In this document: in pieces, positions 28,353 through 40,126 of the stretch
How positions within the stretch are numbered: the first letter of the stretch is position 1
Layout: each line of letters starts with the position of its first letter
From: Takakia lepidozioides
Taxonomy: Eukaryota > Plantae > Bryophyta
DNA: 64,000 bases
Assembly: GCA_030704615.1 (NCBI GenBank)
Contig: CM060731.1
Coordinates: 27,094,001-27,158,000, forward strand
Direction: 5' to 3'
The notes under the pieces: model-generated
What the model was told of the DNA's origin: nothing
The model's database searches: none
Seen by the model: only the letters and a program-made list of their open reading frames with translations
Program-made: the position numbers and the translations under genes

Positions 28353-31300
28353 TCACACACTTGTGAGACCAATCAGGCCTCTCATTCGTTGAAACTTCTC
28401 GGTCGTGAGCGCTTTCGTCAAGATATCAGCTCGCTGGTTTTCTGTGTTCACATAAATCATGTTGATAGTTCTAATCAGCTGGTGCTCTCGAATCAAATGG
28501 TACGAGATGTCAATGTGCTTTGTCCGGCGGTGGTACTCAGGATTGTGTACCAAACGAATGGCAAACTAGTTGTCACAATGCAATGGGGTAGGTCCACCCT
28601 GCACACAACCAATGGATCGGAGCAAACTGCGCATCCATATCACTTCTTTGGTGGTTGTGCTTGCAGCAATATACTCTGCTTCTGTTGTACTGGTCGTCGT
28701 GCAGGCTTGTTAACGGCTCATCCAAGCTATTGGTCCTCCATTGAGGAACAATATGAGGCCAGTCCTGGACTTATGGTCATCTAAGTCCCCGGCATAGTCT
28801 GCATCACTGTAGCATATCAGATGGTTGTCTTGAGCACTCTCGCCATATGTCAGGGCAAGATTTGGGACTCCTTTGAAGTATCTCATGATTCTGGAGACGG
28901 CTTGGCAATGTGCTTTCTTCGGGTCAGAGCTATACTTGGCAGAACTGCCTATAGCGTATGAGCTGTTTGGTCTAGTGCTGATGGAGGCGAACTGTAGGCT
29001 TCCAATGATCTCCTTGAATGGGAACTTGACCTATACTTCTTTGTCTCTGCGGCTGATCTCGTCGAGGCGGCTGTTTGGGTCTACAGGTATAGTCATGGCA
29101 TGACTCTCGTCATATCCATAGTTGTGCAGCTTCTTCATGATATATTTGGTCTGATCAACCTTCAGAATCTTCTTGGGGCGGTCTCTTGTGATGTGTAATC
29201 CCACATAGACTTCGGCATCTCCTCTGGTGATTTTGAAAGCTCCAGTCATATATTCGAGGATGTCATCGGCAGCTTTGGAACCTTCTGTGCATATGAGACC
29301 ATCATCTACAAAAATCGTGAGGATGATGATCGGGTCAATGTCACGATAATAGACACATGGGTCAGCAGGGCTGGCTACAAAACCGTAGGTCTTCAAGAAC
29401 TCATCGAACCGCTTATTCCACATACGGCTTGACTGCTTCAGCCCACAAAGAGCTTTTATGAGTTTGCATACGGCCTTAGGATTTTCTGCATTCTCAAAAC
29501 CTAATGGCTGCTCCATGTAGATTTCTTCCTCGATGTTTCCATATAGGAACGCTGTTCGAATGTCAAACTGTGTGATATTCATATCCTTCACGGCTGCAAT
29601 GGATAGAACAGCTCTAATTGAATCAAACTTTGCTACTAGCGAGAATGTCTCGGTGTAATCCACTCCAACTTTCTGGGAGTAGCCTCGTGCACAAAGCCTG
29701 GCCTTGAATCTGTCGACCTCCCCTTCTGCATTGTATTTTAATTTATAAACCCACTTGCAGGTGATCTTCTTTCTTCCAGGGGGCAGGTCTGTGAGTACCC
29801 AAGTCTCGTTCTCCATAAGGGAACAATACTCATCATGCATCGCCTCCAACCACTTTTCTCTATCTTCCGAGTTCATAGCTTCATAGAAACTCTCGGGCTC
29901 TTCTTGTGTGATGTTCTCATATTCAGCAATACATGTTCTTGTCTTTCCAGGGTAGAACCAGTCACCATATAGGTCTGGTTTCCTTCTGATTCAAGGCCGT
30001 AGCTCCTCAGTAGTTGTCATATCATTCCCAGATGTCTGCCTTGTGGCTTAAGAGCACTCCCTACGGCTTCCATTTGCTCAATGTGTGTGTCATCTGGGAT
30101 CTCCCACTGGTTGACAAGTTGCTCGGGTTCTTGTGAGCTTGGCCTACTTCCTTCAGGTTGACTCTTACCCAAAGAAATGATCTCCTGGTTTTCTTCTGGT
30201 TCTGAAGCTGGCAATTGAATTTCCATTGCAGCAGGTACTTGCACTCCCACTGCCACTGCCATCGGTACTACTGGAGACATGTCTTCATCAAACTCAATGA
30301 CATGGCTGGCTGCCCAGGCATCTCTATCTGGAGACACTCCAGACATATTGTCTTCGTTGAACACAACATCATGACTTTCATGAATCTTTTGCTTATCGTT
30401 CAGCCACACACAATATGCATTGATGGTTGGACTGTAGCCCATAAAGACTCCCTTCACACTTTTGGCATCTAACTTCTTTCGAAGTTCTCTCGGAATGTGA
30501 ACGTATGCATCACAGCCAAAAACTCTCATATGGCTTACGGATGGCTTTTGCTTTGTCCATATTTCAAATGGTGTCATTTCCTTCAAAGTGCGTGTTTCAG
30601 TGCGGTTGAGTGTATACACCGCTGTCTGGGCTGCTTCTCCCCAAAATCTTGGGTGCACTCCACTGTCATATATCATGCTTCGAACTAGTTCAACGATGGT
30701 TCTGTTCTCTCTTTCTGCAGCCCCGTTCTGTTCCGGTGTATATGTTGTTGTGAGTTCTTGCTTCACACCAATGTCTGCAAGATAGGCTTGGAACTCTTTT
30801 CCAATGAATTCACCGCCTCTGTCTGATCTGAGCGTCCCAACACTATGTCCAGCCTCTCTCTTCATCAGTGCGACATAGTTCTTGAAGCATGTCAATGCCT
30901 CTGACTTCTTTGAAATGATGTATAGGACCCTGTAGGATGAGTGATCGTCTTTGAAGATTATGAAATAGCTGGCCCCTCCCAATGACTTGGTGCTGAAAGG
31001 GCCACAGAGGTCGGTGTGCACTATACCTCCTATCTGTGATGCTCTCACTCGTATCTCCTTCTTCGGGAAAGAACTTCGTTTGGCCTTCCCGAAGACACAT
31101 CCTTCACAGAACTTTGGCTCCTTCTACTTGTCAGTATCAAGCCATCTACCACATCTTCCGCTGCCATGCGTTGTATCGCCTTACAGTTGACATGACAAAA
31201 TCTTCGATGCCATACCTCAAGACTCTTGGTTGCTTCACCTTTTGTTTCTCCGACAAATGACCCTACAGACGGTCGAATAACCTCCTTCTTAGTGTCTGCG

Positions 31301-32569
31301 ATGTACACTTTGTGTTTCGGTGGCTGTGGGCTTATGTGCAAATGCCACATATCATCAACTGCAGTCCCTTGCATGACAATCGCTCCATCATGAATAAGAA
31401 AACATGCAGTCAAGGTATGCATGGTGGTGCAACCTGCTTTGATCGCTCTTCTAATCGAGAAGAGACTTCTCCCAAGGCAGGGAACGTGTAGGATATTTTT
31501 CAGCACTGACATGTGCCATGTTTCACCAATCTTGATGAGGACGTCAATGTCTCCAACTCCGGCTATTAGAAACTTGGAGTTGCCCACTCCATGAACCATC
31601 TCTTGATCCTTCGATGTGTCACGATAATTCTCGAACCACTCACCGTGCTCAGTCATGTGTTGGGTGCATCCAGTGTCTGAGATCCATGCATCTCGATGCT
31701 CCTCCTTGGCAAGCTTGAGATTGGCCATCCATGCCTTGAAAGATCCACCAGTCTTTGGTTGTTCTTTCTTGCCTTTCTTCTCCTTCTGACATTCTCTTGC
31801 CCAGTGTCTTGGTTCACCACAGTTGTAGCAAACAGGAGTATCCTTCAACTTTTCAATCTCTGCCTTTCTTGCTTCTCTCTGCTCCTGGGTCAAATATGGG
31901 CGGTTGGTTGCACCGCTTGACATTGATCCAGTTGTCTTCCCCTTTGTCTTGGCCACAAAAACCTTCACTGCCTCTTCTTAGACGCCGGCTTCGATCTGCT
32001 CTCCTCGGTCAGAAGTCGAAGCGTCAAAAGGTCAAGATCCTTCATTGGACCTTCAGGGACGTTGTCCCAAGCTGATCTGAAATGTTTCAAATGGGGTGGC
32101 AGGTTGTACAAGACCTTGGCAATCATAGCTGAATCATCGAAGTTGTTGTTGTTCATGCCTCTGAGCTGCTTGATCACCATCTCGATTCGTCCAAGAAAAT
32201 CAGCTATGTCCTCCCCCTCCTCGATTTTGCATTTGAAAAAACTCTCCTGTAGCTGATGGATGTTCTCAGTAGCTCTCCTCTCATCCAAAAGGCAAAGGAA
32301 GTATCACAGCTCATCAAGTTCTTTAGCAATCTTCTGTCAACGGCTTGACAAAGTATTCCAAGCGCCTTACTATCTTTCTTGTCCCAGGCAGCTATCTCAG
32401 CAGGAGTGGTTGGTACTACGTTATCCCCAACTGGCTCTCGAACTACCGTCCCGTCCACTATACCCCACAACTCTTTGCCACGAAAAATGGCTCTCATTTG
32501 GTATTTCCACATGGCAAAACCCTCACCATTAAAACGCTCAATGTTACTAAGCTTCTTCCCCTGATCCAT
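28353..32569 (-). pseudogene. Copia gag-pol polyprotein, frameshifted and with in-frame stops
   Basis: Gag (FNGEGFAMWK; knuckle CYNCGEPRHWAREC), PR (WISDTGCTQHM), GAG-pre-integrase (WHRRFCH), INT (HTDLCGP, LRSDRGGEF, TPEQNGAAER), RT (KARLCARG, FVDD) and RH (HRRTKHIDI, ADILTK). Split over several ORFs. Confidence 0.95.
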
Positions 32570-32667
32570 CAGATCTCTCTCTTCCCAACTAGAAACAACA
32601 TAAAAGAACTGAGACTAAGCTTTAAGATGACGTCTAAAGATAGCTAAACGCACAGGGATACGAGACG

Positions 32668-32680
32668 TGGGCCAATAACC
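32668..32680 (-). other. Copia primer-binding site, half-tRNA(iMet) type
   Basis: GGTTATTGGCCCA directly abuts the 5' LTR. It is one mismatch from the GGTTATGGGCCCA half-tRNA-Met PBS of copia/hemivirus-type elements. Confidence 0.8.
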
Positions 32681-33087
32681 TATTGTTTGTGAGAAGTAGT
32701 TGGCAACACTTTCCACATGCAAGCTCAAGAAAGATACACATCTACTAGACACAGAGACTTGTGTCAGCACCTTACAAGCATAGTATCATAAAGACTAGAA
32801 CAATATTAGTGACCATGGGAAAAGATACACCGGCTGACACAGCCTGCTCATGCTAATCTAGTGACCCACACACTCAACTTCATTACAGTGTCACTACAGC
32901 AGTAAACCTTAGGACCAAGGTATGTACTGGCCTCACACATTTGCAACAGCGTACAAACACATGAGGGCTAAATGAGAGCAGAGCCATTGCTCTCAATGCT
33001 TAAGTAACTAGCACTGTCGTTACTAGTAACTACAGTGTCAAGAAGGATGACTCAAGTGTAATCTTGATGAGTTCTCTACAACCAAAA
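32681..33087 (-). repeat. Copia 5' LTR
   Basis: Direct repeat of 27898-28305, followed on the + strand by TSD TTAGC. Confidence 0.95.
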
Positions 33088-34522
33088 TTAGCTGCAATGG
33101 TTGCGATAAGTGGTATCAGAGGCGATGGAGTTTGCCATATGTACTGTGGAATGGGCCGCAACATGACATTGTGGCGGGTAAGGTGGTGGCGAGCCGGAGG
33201 GCGAGCTGCCGCCAAAACCGCCATAATGGCATGTTGCGGCCCATTCCATAACGTAAAGGATTGCATCTGCCGCCCTCTCACTGGCTTGCAAGTCAAAATC
33301 AAACACGTTATGTTTCATAATGTGCTACTGGCATTAGGCGTAGAATTCTACTTTTTAATCCTCCTCCATACACGCCATACTAGGCAGGCAAAATCCTTTA
33401 CGTAGAGGAGAATTAGTGGGTGATTATGTAGGCCCATTGGTTAAGCCCTGATAAACACGAAGCAGTGAAAAATTACAGGTCTGTAAGGGAAACTCCCATC
33501 TGCGGGAGGACTGGATGGATTCAATCACAACTATAGGAGGATGTTGCCAGATTGATTGAGAACATTGGGACCGTCCCATATTCTGAACAAAACAACCGAT
33601 GGTTTCCAAGAACCAAAAAGGTGGCAAAGTCTAGAAAATGCAGTTTTCGAACCCCCCGCGACCTCCAGAGGAGACATTAAAGTTATCCATTAAGCCGAGG
33701 GGATGGAGGGTGAGTTAGGCCAGTTTGGCCAAAAGAAAGGCTAAAACTGCAATAAATGTCAAAAGAGCAGGGGATTAAAGTACTATACAAGGGAAAATAA
33801 AGGACTAAACTCAAAATAGCACCAAAATGAGAGCAAAACGAGTTTCATCCTGCATTTGCTTTTCGGCTTTCCTCTCGGGGTACGGGCACGGGAACGAAGC
33901 GGGCAGGGAGGCTGGGGCGGGGCCCACATTGACTTAAGGAGAATACATGCGCACTTGTGCGTGGGCCCGCTGCTACCGTCCCTCGTTTTGCTTTTGGTAC
34001 TCTGTCTGCAGGACTTCCCGGACGTGCAAAGTGCCGATGAGAGGTATAGTGGGATGTATCAGGGGGCGGAAGGGATGGTCACTTAACGGATAACTTTATT
34101 GTTTGTTGGATTTCTTCTGGGACAGTTGGGTAAAACCAGGGGCTTCGGAGTGCTGGTAGGCAACCAGCGGACCCACCACTGCTGCATGTAGCGCCATGCT
34201 ACGTGGCTGAGGAACCCCCCCCCCACAAATTTTTGTGACCGCTGGTCACCCGTTAGGGAGTTTAACATAGGTATTTTCCATTCCTCCCAATTAAAATGCT
34301 TTTGATTGCATCTATGTTTTGAATGAATGCTAAATCTCATAATTCGATAGCACAACCGAGGGCTTTCAATCTAGTTGCTCCTCACCCGCGGAGGTGAAGG
34401 AAGTTGGGAGCTCTATGCAGAGACAGCGGGAGGAAAAGCCAGACGAGAAGTACACTAGCCTTAAAACAAGGCTATAGTAAATGAATAGTTGAAGGTTGGA
34501 GATAGTGGATGATGGTTTCCGA

Positions 34523-34710
34523 TGTCGTGCGCATACATATCGCTACACAACTACATCGCTGTCCAAAACCACACAACACATGTGCACACCACACACTAGT
34601 ATACCACTAGTCCACCACTAGTCCAGCCACTAGTCCAACCACTAGGCTACAACTAGTCAGTCACTAGGCTGCCACTATGCTGCCCACTATGGCAGTCACT
34701 AGTCCACACA
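34523..34710 (-). repeat. Extra copy of the first 188 bp of the element A LTR, placed outside the 3' LTR
   Basis: Matches 35031-35218 with 2 substitutions. Contains short CCACTAG repeats. Confidence 0.92.
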
Positions 34711-34711
34711 A

Positions 34712-35218
34712 TGATAAAGAAGAAGAATACAAGCACGAGCTCACAAATCTGAAGCATAAACTCATGCATATATAACCTCATCACTCAAATACAAGTCAAG
34801 CCAAGTGCACCCCACGCCATGGGGAATCCACAGTACGGCGCCATAGCTAGGCGCGGTGAGGCTCAACTCGAGAAAGATGAGCCTCCCGCGCTTGCCGTGA
34901 AGATAACCACTCCAGGGCCTAAATCTGCCTTGACCCCTGGATTGACACTTGGGCCAATCCCAAATGTCAATATGTAAAAGCTAGCTATTTCCTAGCTAGT
35001 TTCACACTAGTGGTAAAATAACTTGACAGCTGTCGTGCGCATACATATCGCTACACAACTACATCGCTGTCCAAAACCACACAACACATGTGCACACCAC
35101 ACACTAGTATACCGCTAGTCCACCACTAGTCCGGCCACTAGTCCAACCACTAGGCTACAACTAGTCAGTCACTAGGCTGCCACTATGCTGCCCACTATGG
35201 CAGTCACTAGTCCACACA
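34712..35218 (-). repeat. Element A 3' LTR (507 bp, TGTG...ATCA on the minus strand)
   Basis: Starts 2 nt after the PPT with TG. Ends with CA at the same point where the 5' copy abuts the PBS. Confidence 0.8.
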
Positions 35219-35477
35219 ATCGCCCCCCTAGCTGGTGCTTAGGTCCATCTAAGTCCAGGTAGCCACAAGATGTGATAGGACCATAGCCTCACTAAGTCCT
35301 CCACCACTATCCCTACTACACTCAAACTCGATAGATCAAGAGGCCGGGTGCAAGAGTTGCCCCATCATTAGTCGCCGTCTTGCAACCTGTGAACTTGAGC
35401 TTGGGATCTCATGTATTGACTCCTATGAGCTTGGCCTCCCATGTCTTGTTAGCTGCCTCCAGTCATGTCCACTGCCA

Positions 35478-37045
35478 CTATCCCAAGCAGTGTGGACACA
35501 ACCAATCTCCGTCAGGAACCTTCTCAAGAGGTGGTGTCAAGCATCCCATATGCCAACCCCTTGAGCATCGATCACACACCAGCATGGTGGCTGCCCCTTT
35601 GGCAGACCCACAAGCATGCACCTCAAACCTGCAGGTACCACTGCCAAGTTTGGGTCAACTCTGCCATCGACATTGGGAAGGTGACATGGCGCACAATTAC
35701 GCACATGGTCCTTCCAAGTCATGCCATCCCGACCCTCCAAGATCAGGACCCCTGAGGGCAACACCTCTCGAACCCTCAGAATAACACGCCCTGCAGTAAC
35801 ATCCAGAGTCGTAGGAGCAGTCTGCTGCAAATAAACATAGTCACCAGGGCTAAACCTCCGAACCCCAGGACGATATCCTCCACCACGTATAGTGGCATAC
35901 CTCAACGTATCACGGTGATGTGCAATGGCAAGGTTCTCAAAAGCCATGGGCATGACTTTCTTGAACAACTCTGCACGCTGATCACATGCACGTACCCACA
36001 CGTCCGGATCGTCAAGGTTAAGGACTTGAGCAGTGTCCCTACGAATGGCTGCAGGCAAATCCGGCTCTTGGCCAAAGAGAAGGAAATATGGTGAGAAGGA
36101 GGCAAGTGATGCTTGTTTGCTGAACCTGTAGCCCATGGCTAACCAAGGAACCTGAAGATCCCAATCTCCTAGGTGTCCGTTCTGCAAGCCATACTTGCGC
36201 AAACCCCTCTTCACCATCTAAACAACTCTCTCTGCTAAGCCATCGGCCTCAGGATGATCCCGAGAAGTGGTGCGGTGGTCTATCAAGGCTTTATCACACA
36301 AAGCCTGAAACTCCCCCAAAAACTCTCTCCCTTGGTCCGTGAATACCTCAGCTGGAGCACCAAATCGGCTAAGCACACGATCCAAGAATGCATACGCAGC
36401 CCCCTCACTAGCCTTGTCAGGCAATGGAACCAACTCAATCCACTTGGAGAAGTGCTCCACCATCACCAACACATATCTGTGGTGGCGCATAGTCAGTGGC
36501 AACGGTCCTGCGAAGTCAAGACTCCACCTGTAGCCCAATCCCATGATTGGTAAAGGATGCAACTGTGGTGTAGGGGCGTTGAATGAAGCACGCACCCTGT
36601 CACACACCATGCACCTAGCCACGAACTGTTGCACCTCTGTATGCATACCACGCCACCAATACTGCCCCTGCAGTAAACTGTGAGTGCGTCGCACTCCAAA
36701 ATGCCCCAACTCCTCATGGGCATGCCGCACTAACCGTGCACGCTGTGTGGGGTGAGGCACAATCCTCACCCGACCATCCTCCCACACTCGAAGTAGGTGT
36801 ATCCCCTCCCACTTGAACCTCTTGGCTCGTTGCAGGATCCGATCCCTCTCCCTGGCAGTCACAATGGCTGCCGTGTCTCCCGTGCGGAGGTAGTCCAACA
36901 CAGCCGAATCCTCATGTATATCTCTGGCACCACCTAGCTCATCACTAGCCTCAGGGTCCTCAGACACTCCGTCTACAGTCATCCCTGTTGTAGGTCCAAT
37001 CTGACCTCCCGATGCCAAGATACACAAAATGCAGATGCGTGCCAT
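35478..37045 (-). pseudogene. Element A integrase with C-terminal PHD finger
   Basis: Zinc finger H..LGH..CMVC, core WSLDFAGP / TDQGREF / PEADGLAER, and FSPYFLLFG. With one base restored the tail reads CMLCGSAKGAATMLVCDRCSRGWHMGCLTPPLEKVPDGDWLCPHC (C4HC3 PHD, 35478-35620). In-frame stop at 36218. Confidence 0.92.
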
Positions 37046-38472
37046 CCCGGCACCATCTCCTCGTCCGTCTCACCATGCCACCGAGCTCCAGTGTCATCCT
37101 GCTGGCTCATGCATGGATTGCGACTCAATCCATCCGCATCCCGATTGACCAAACCCGGTCGATGCACAACCTGAAAGTCATACTCCTGGAGTATAAGTGC
37201 CCACTGTGCAAGCTTCCCCGTAAGCTTGTCTGACTCCATCAACCACTTGAGTGGCTGGTGATCCGTGACAAGGGTGAAAAGATTGCCGTATAGATAGCAC
37301 CTGAAGTGTGCCACGGCCCACACTGCAGCTAAGCACTCTCCCTCATATGAGCTGTACTTAGCCTCTGCAGCGTTGTTCGAGCGGCTAGCATAAGCCACTA
37401 CGAACTCTCTTCCCTCATCATCCACCTGTGTGAGCACCGCTCCAAGCCCCAGCATGCTCCAATCCGTATGCAGCTGAAAGGGACGCCCCCTGATAGGTCG
37501 TCTCAAGATAGGCGCCGAGGTCAACCTCGCCTTGAGCTCTTGAAAAGCTCGTTCCTGCTCATCTTCCCACTGCCACTCCTGGTCCACCTTGGTCAGCTTG
37601 GTTAGAGCCTTTGCAATGGTACTAAATCCCTTGACAAACCGTCTATAATAGTTTGCCAACCCCATGAAAGCTCGAACTCGGCTCACATCCGTGGGGCGTG
37701 GAATTTGTGCAATGGCCTCTACCTTAGTCTGCTGTACCCCCAATCCTCCAGGATATATCATGTGACCCAGATACTCAATCTGGTTGTGGAAAAACTTGCA
37801 CTTCCCCGGATGCAACTTCAATCCGTGCGCTCTCAAGCGCTCCAATACCACCTGAAAGTGTCTCTCATGCTCCTCCATCGTAACACTAAAGATGATGATG
37901 TCATCTATGTAGCACCGAGCAAAGTCCACCCCTGCTAGAATCCTATCCATGACTCTCTGAAACTCTGCAGGAGCATTCTTAAGCCCAAATGGTAAGAACC
38001 GCCACTGATATAGGCAATCCTTGCCCTGCTCATTGATCCCCCAGAATGCCGTCTTCTGCTTGTCCGCCTCCTTGATTGGCAACTGGTGATATCCGGATCG
38101 TAAATCCAAAGTGCTAAAGGCCTTAGCATGCCCGATGGCATCAAAGATCTCCTCTGGTGTTGGCATGGCATACTTATCGGACTTGGTCTGACGATTTACA
38201 GGCCGGTAATCACCGCACATACGTCTCTCCGTCCAATTGCCATAGACATCCTTCTTGGCTGGCATCACTGTGGCTGAAGCATACTCTCCACCAGAGAGCT
38301 CCACCAAACCTGCCTCCCAGAGATCTTGAGTCCTCATCTGAATCAAAGACCTCTCCATGTCACTGTATCTATAGGGTCTCCGAAAGATTGGCGTGTCAGT
38401 GGCCAACTCAATACGGATCTCTTGACCCTTCAGTGCTCCCAAGTCCTTCAAACTGAAGGCAAAGCAATTCAT
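36979..38472 (-). CDS. Element A reverse transcriptase and RNase H
   Basis: RT motifs RMCGDYRPVN, LDLRSGYHQ, LPFGLKNAP, YIDD. RH motifs HTDWS..GLGAVL, YASR, TDHQPL, ADGLSR. Confidence 0.97.
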   Translation of the reverse strand: MNCFAFSLKDLGALKGQEIRIELATDTPIFRRPYRYSDMERSLIQMRTQDLWEAGLVELSGGEYASATVMPAKKDVYGNWTERRMCGDYRPVNRQTKSDKYAMPTPEEIFDAIGHAKAFSTLDLRSGYHQLPIKEADKQKTAFWGINEQGKDCLYQWRFLPFGLKNAPAEFQRVMDRILAGVDFARCYIDDIIIFSVTMEEHERHFQVVLERLRAHGLKLHPGKCKFFHNQIEYLGHMIYPGGLGVQQTKVEAIAQIPRPTDVSRVRAFMGLANYYRRFVKGFSTIAKALTKLTKVDQEWQWEDEQERAFQELKARLTSAPILRRPIRGRPFQLHTDWSMLGLGAVLTQVDDEGREFVVAYASRSNNAAEAKYSSYEGECLAAVWAVAHFRCYLYGNLFTLVTDHQPLKWLMESDKLTGKLAQWALILQEYDFQVVHRPGLVNRDADGLSRNPCMSQQDDTGARWHGETDEEMVPGWHASAFCVSWHREVRLDLQQG

Positions 38473-38899
38473 GTAAGCCCTCAGGAACCGCCGTATACGT
38501 CGTCTCTCTCCTCCGGTGACAATGGGTCCAATGTCAGGCTCCCAATTGTCCTCCGTAACTGCAACCTTAAGTCCAGTGGGCTTAGAGGTAGAGGACGCGT
38601 CCCGTGGTTGCTATGTTGCAACCTCTTGAGCAGTACTCCCTGCCTGCTCAGTCAATGACAAGGCCTCATCCTGCCCATCATCTCATCCTTGAGGACCTCC
38701 TCAACCCGAGAAGAATCCCCAACCTCATCCATCACAGCCGCCTTGGCTGCCAACTCCCTCTGAACCTCGAGCACCTCCCACGTGTGCCATGGATGCATGC
38801 ACCCCGTGGTCCTCACATGCTCGCCCCCACTCACTACCTGTACCGTCTCGGTAGGCAGAGAGACCATTGAGGGAAGTGTACTCCGCACTCTGCGTTGCT

Positions 38900-39850
38900 C
38901 AGCCAGAGCCAAGCTGATAATCCAGGTCAAGCAATTGAGATCCATTGCTTGCCCCAACACTTGACGACGTGATGCCTCAGAAAGAGACGACACCGCCGTG
39001 GTACCAGTGGTAAAACCCATTGGCCGCTCACGCTCGTCAGCATTAGGCTCCACTAACTGCTGCAACTGAGCATCCCACAGGAGGCCAGGTCCACTATCCC
39101 GGAAAGCATGCGATCCTGGGAAGCTGAGCAGTGTAGGTAATGTTGCTCGTGGTTGACCCACCTTGTTGACCACTGCCAAAGGCGAACGGTCATCGTGTCT
39201 CACACGCTGACTGTGTCCAGAATGTTATCCACTGTGAGATGTGCTGGCCGCTTCACCCCATCAAATGCACGCTTGAGCAGTGCGGGTGGCATCAAGTTAG
39301 TCCACCATAGCCGTGGACGATGAGCCCGTGACCCCACTGTAGCTGCATCTAGCAACACTGCTGACCCAAGCCACGACCGGACTTGATGCACAGTGGCCAT
39401 CACCCTGGCCCGAGAATCGCCCATCAGTGGCACATTCTCCAAGATGTATGCTGGAGATACAGCTTGATGAAGCTGCAAGTGGCGCAAAACCCGCACCATC
39501 TCCCAAAACAGACCCGACCTCGAGTCTCGCAATCCATTGCCATGCCCGGCTGATGAATGCCCTTGGCAGGGCCAACCTGCCACTACCAGATCAATGGAGC
39601 CAACCCGCTCCAAATCCTGCGCCCCCAGCAACGAAATGTCTGCTGGCAAGGCCTGCTGATATCCACGAATTGCAGATACCGACAACAACTCAGGGTACCG
39701 CTGCACCAACTGAGCAACATGGCGAAGTGAAACGCGTCGTGCAGTCTCATCCCTCTCCACATACAGGTAACGCCGAACTCGTACACCTGCTTGTAACACA
39801 GCAGCCAATCCGGTGTTGATCCCGCCAAACAAGTCCAGAAGACAAATGCC
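38900..39850 (-). pseudogene. C5 cytosine DNA methyltransferase domain (DNMT3-like) inside element A pol; one frameshift near 39200
   Basis: Motif I LLDLFGGI, II YVERD, IV AGWPCQG (catalytic Cys), VI YILENV, VIII AHRPRLWWTNL, IX ERERPMGF and X RRQVLGQAMD, in non-permuted order. Confidence 0.93.
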
Positions 39851-40126
39851 TTCATCCGGATACTGCCACACAATAGGTGTGGTGTCCAATGGAGACAATT
39901 GAGGTGGTCTTGGTGCAATCCCCACACTCTCCTCCTCTCTTGGCGGTACAAAAGCCTCCACCCAAGCTTGTTGCACCCGTCGATCAGCATCCCGCTGCAA
40001 ATCCTTGCTCGTGCCCCACAATGGAGTCTGAGCAACCATGGTAGGCAACTCCGCCATACCATACATTCATCCTGCTCTCCCGGAGGTGGTACATCCTCTG
40101 AATGAGCATTGCCCTCAAGCAACTCT

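Larger units (their letters stand above)
27898..33087 (-). mobile_element. Full-length Ty1/Copia LTR retrotransposon (5.2 kb)
   Basis: Two ~408-bp LTRs, 5-bp TSD TTAGC, PBS and PPT present. Domain order gag-PR-INT-RT-RH. Confidence 0.97.

Noticed and set aside
34523-35028. Alternative LTR definition TGTC...GACA (506 bp)
   Set aside because: It abuts neither the PPT nor the PBS-equivalent position. The 34712-35218 interval satisfies both.
38900-39850. Host DNMT3/DRM gene or bacterial contamination
   Set aside because: The domain is intronless and collinear between PR and RT within the element's repeats, in a contig with spliced plant genes.
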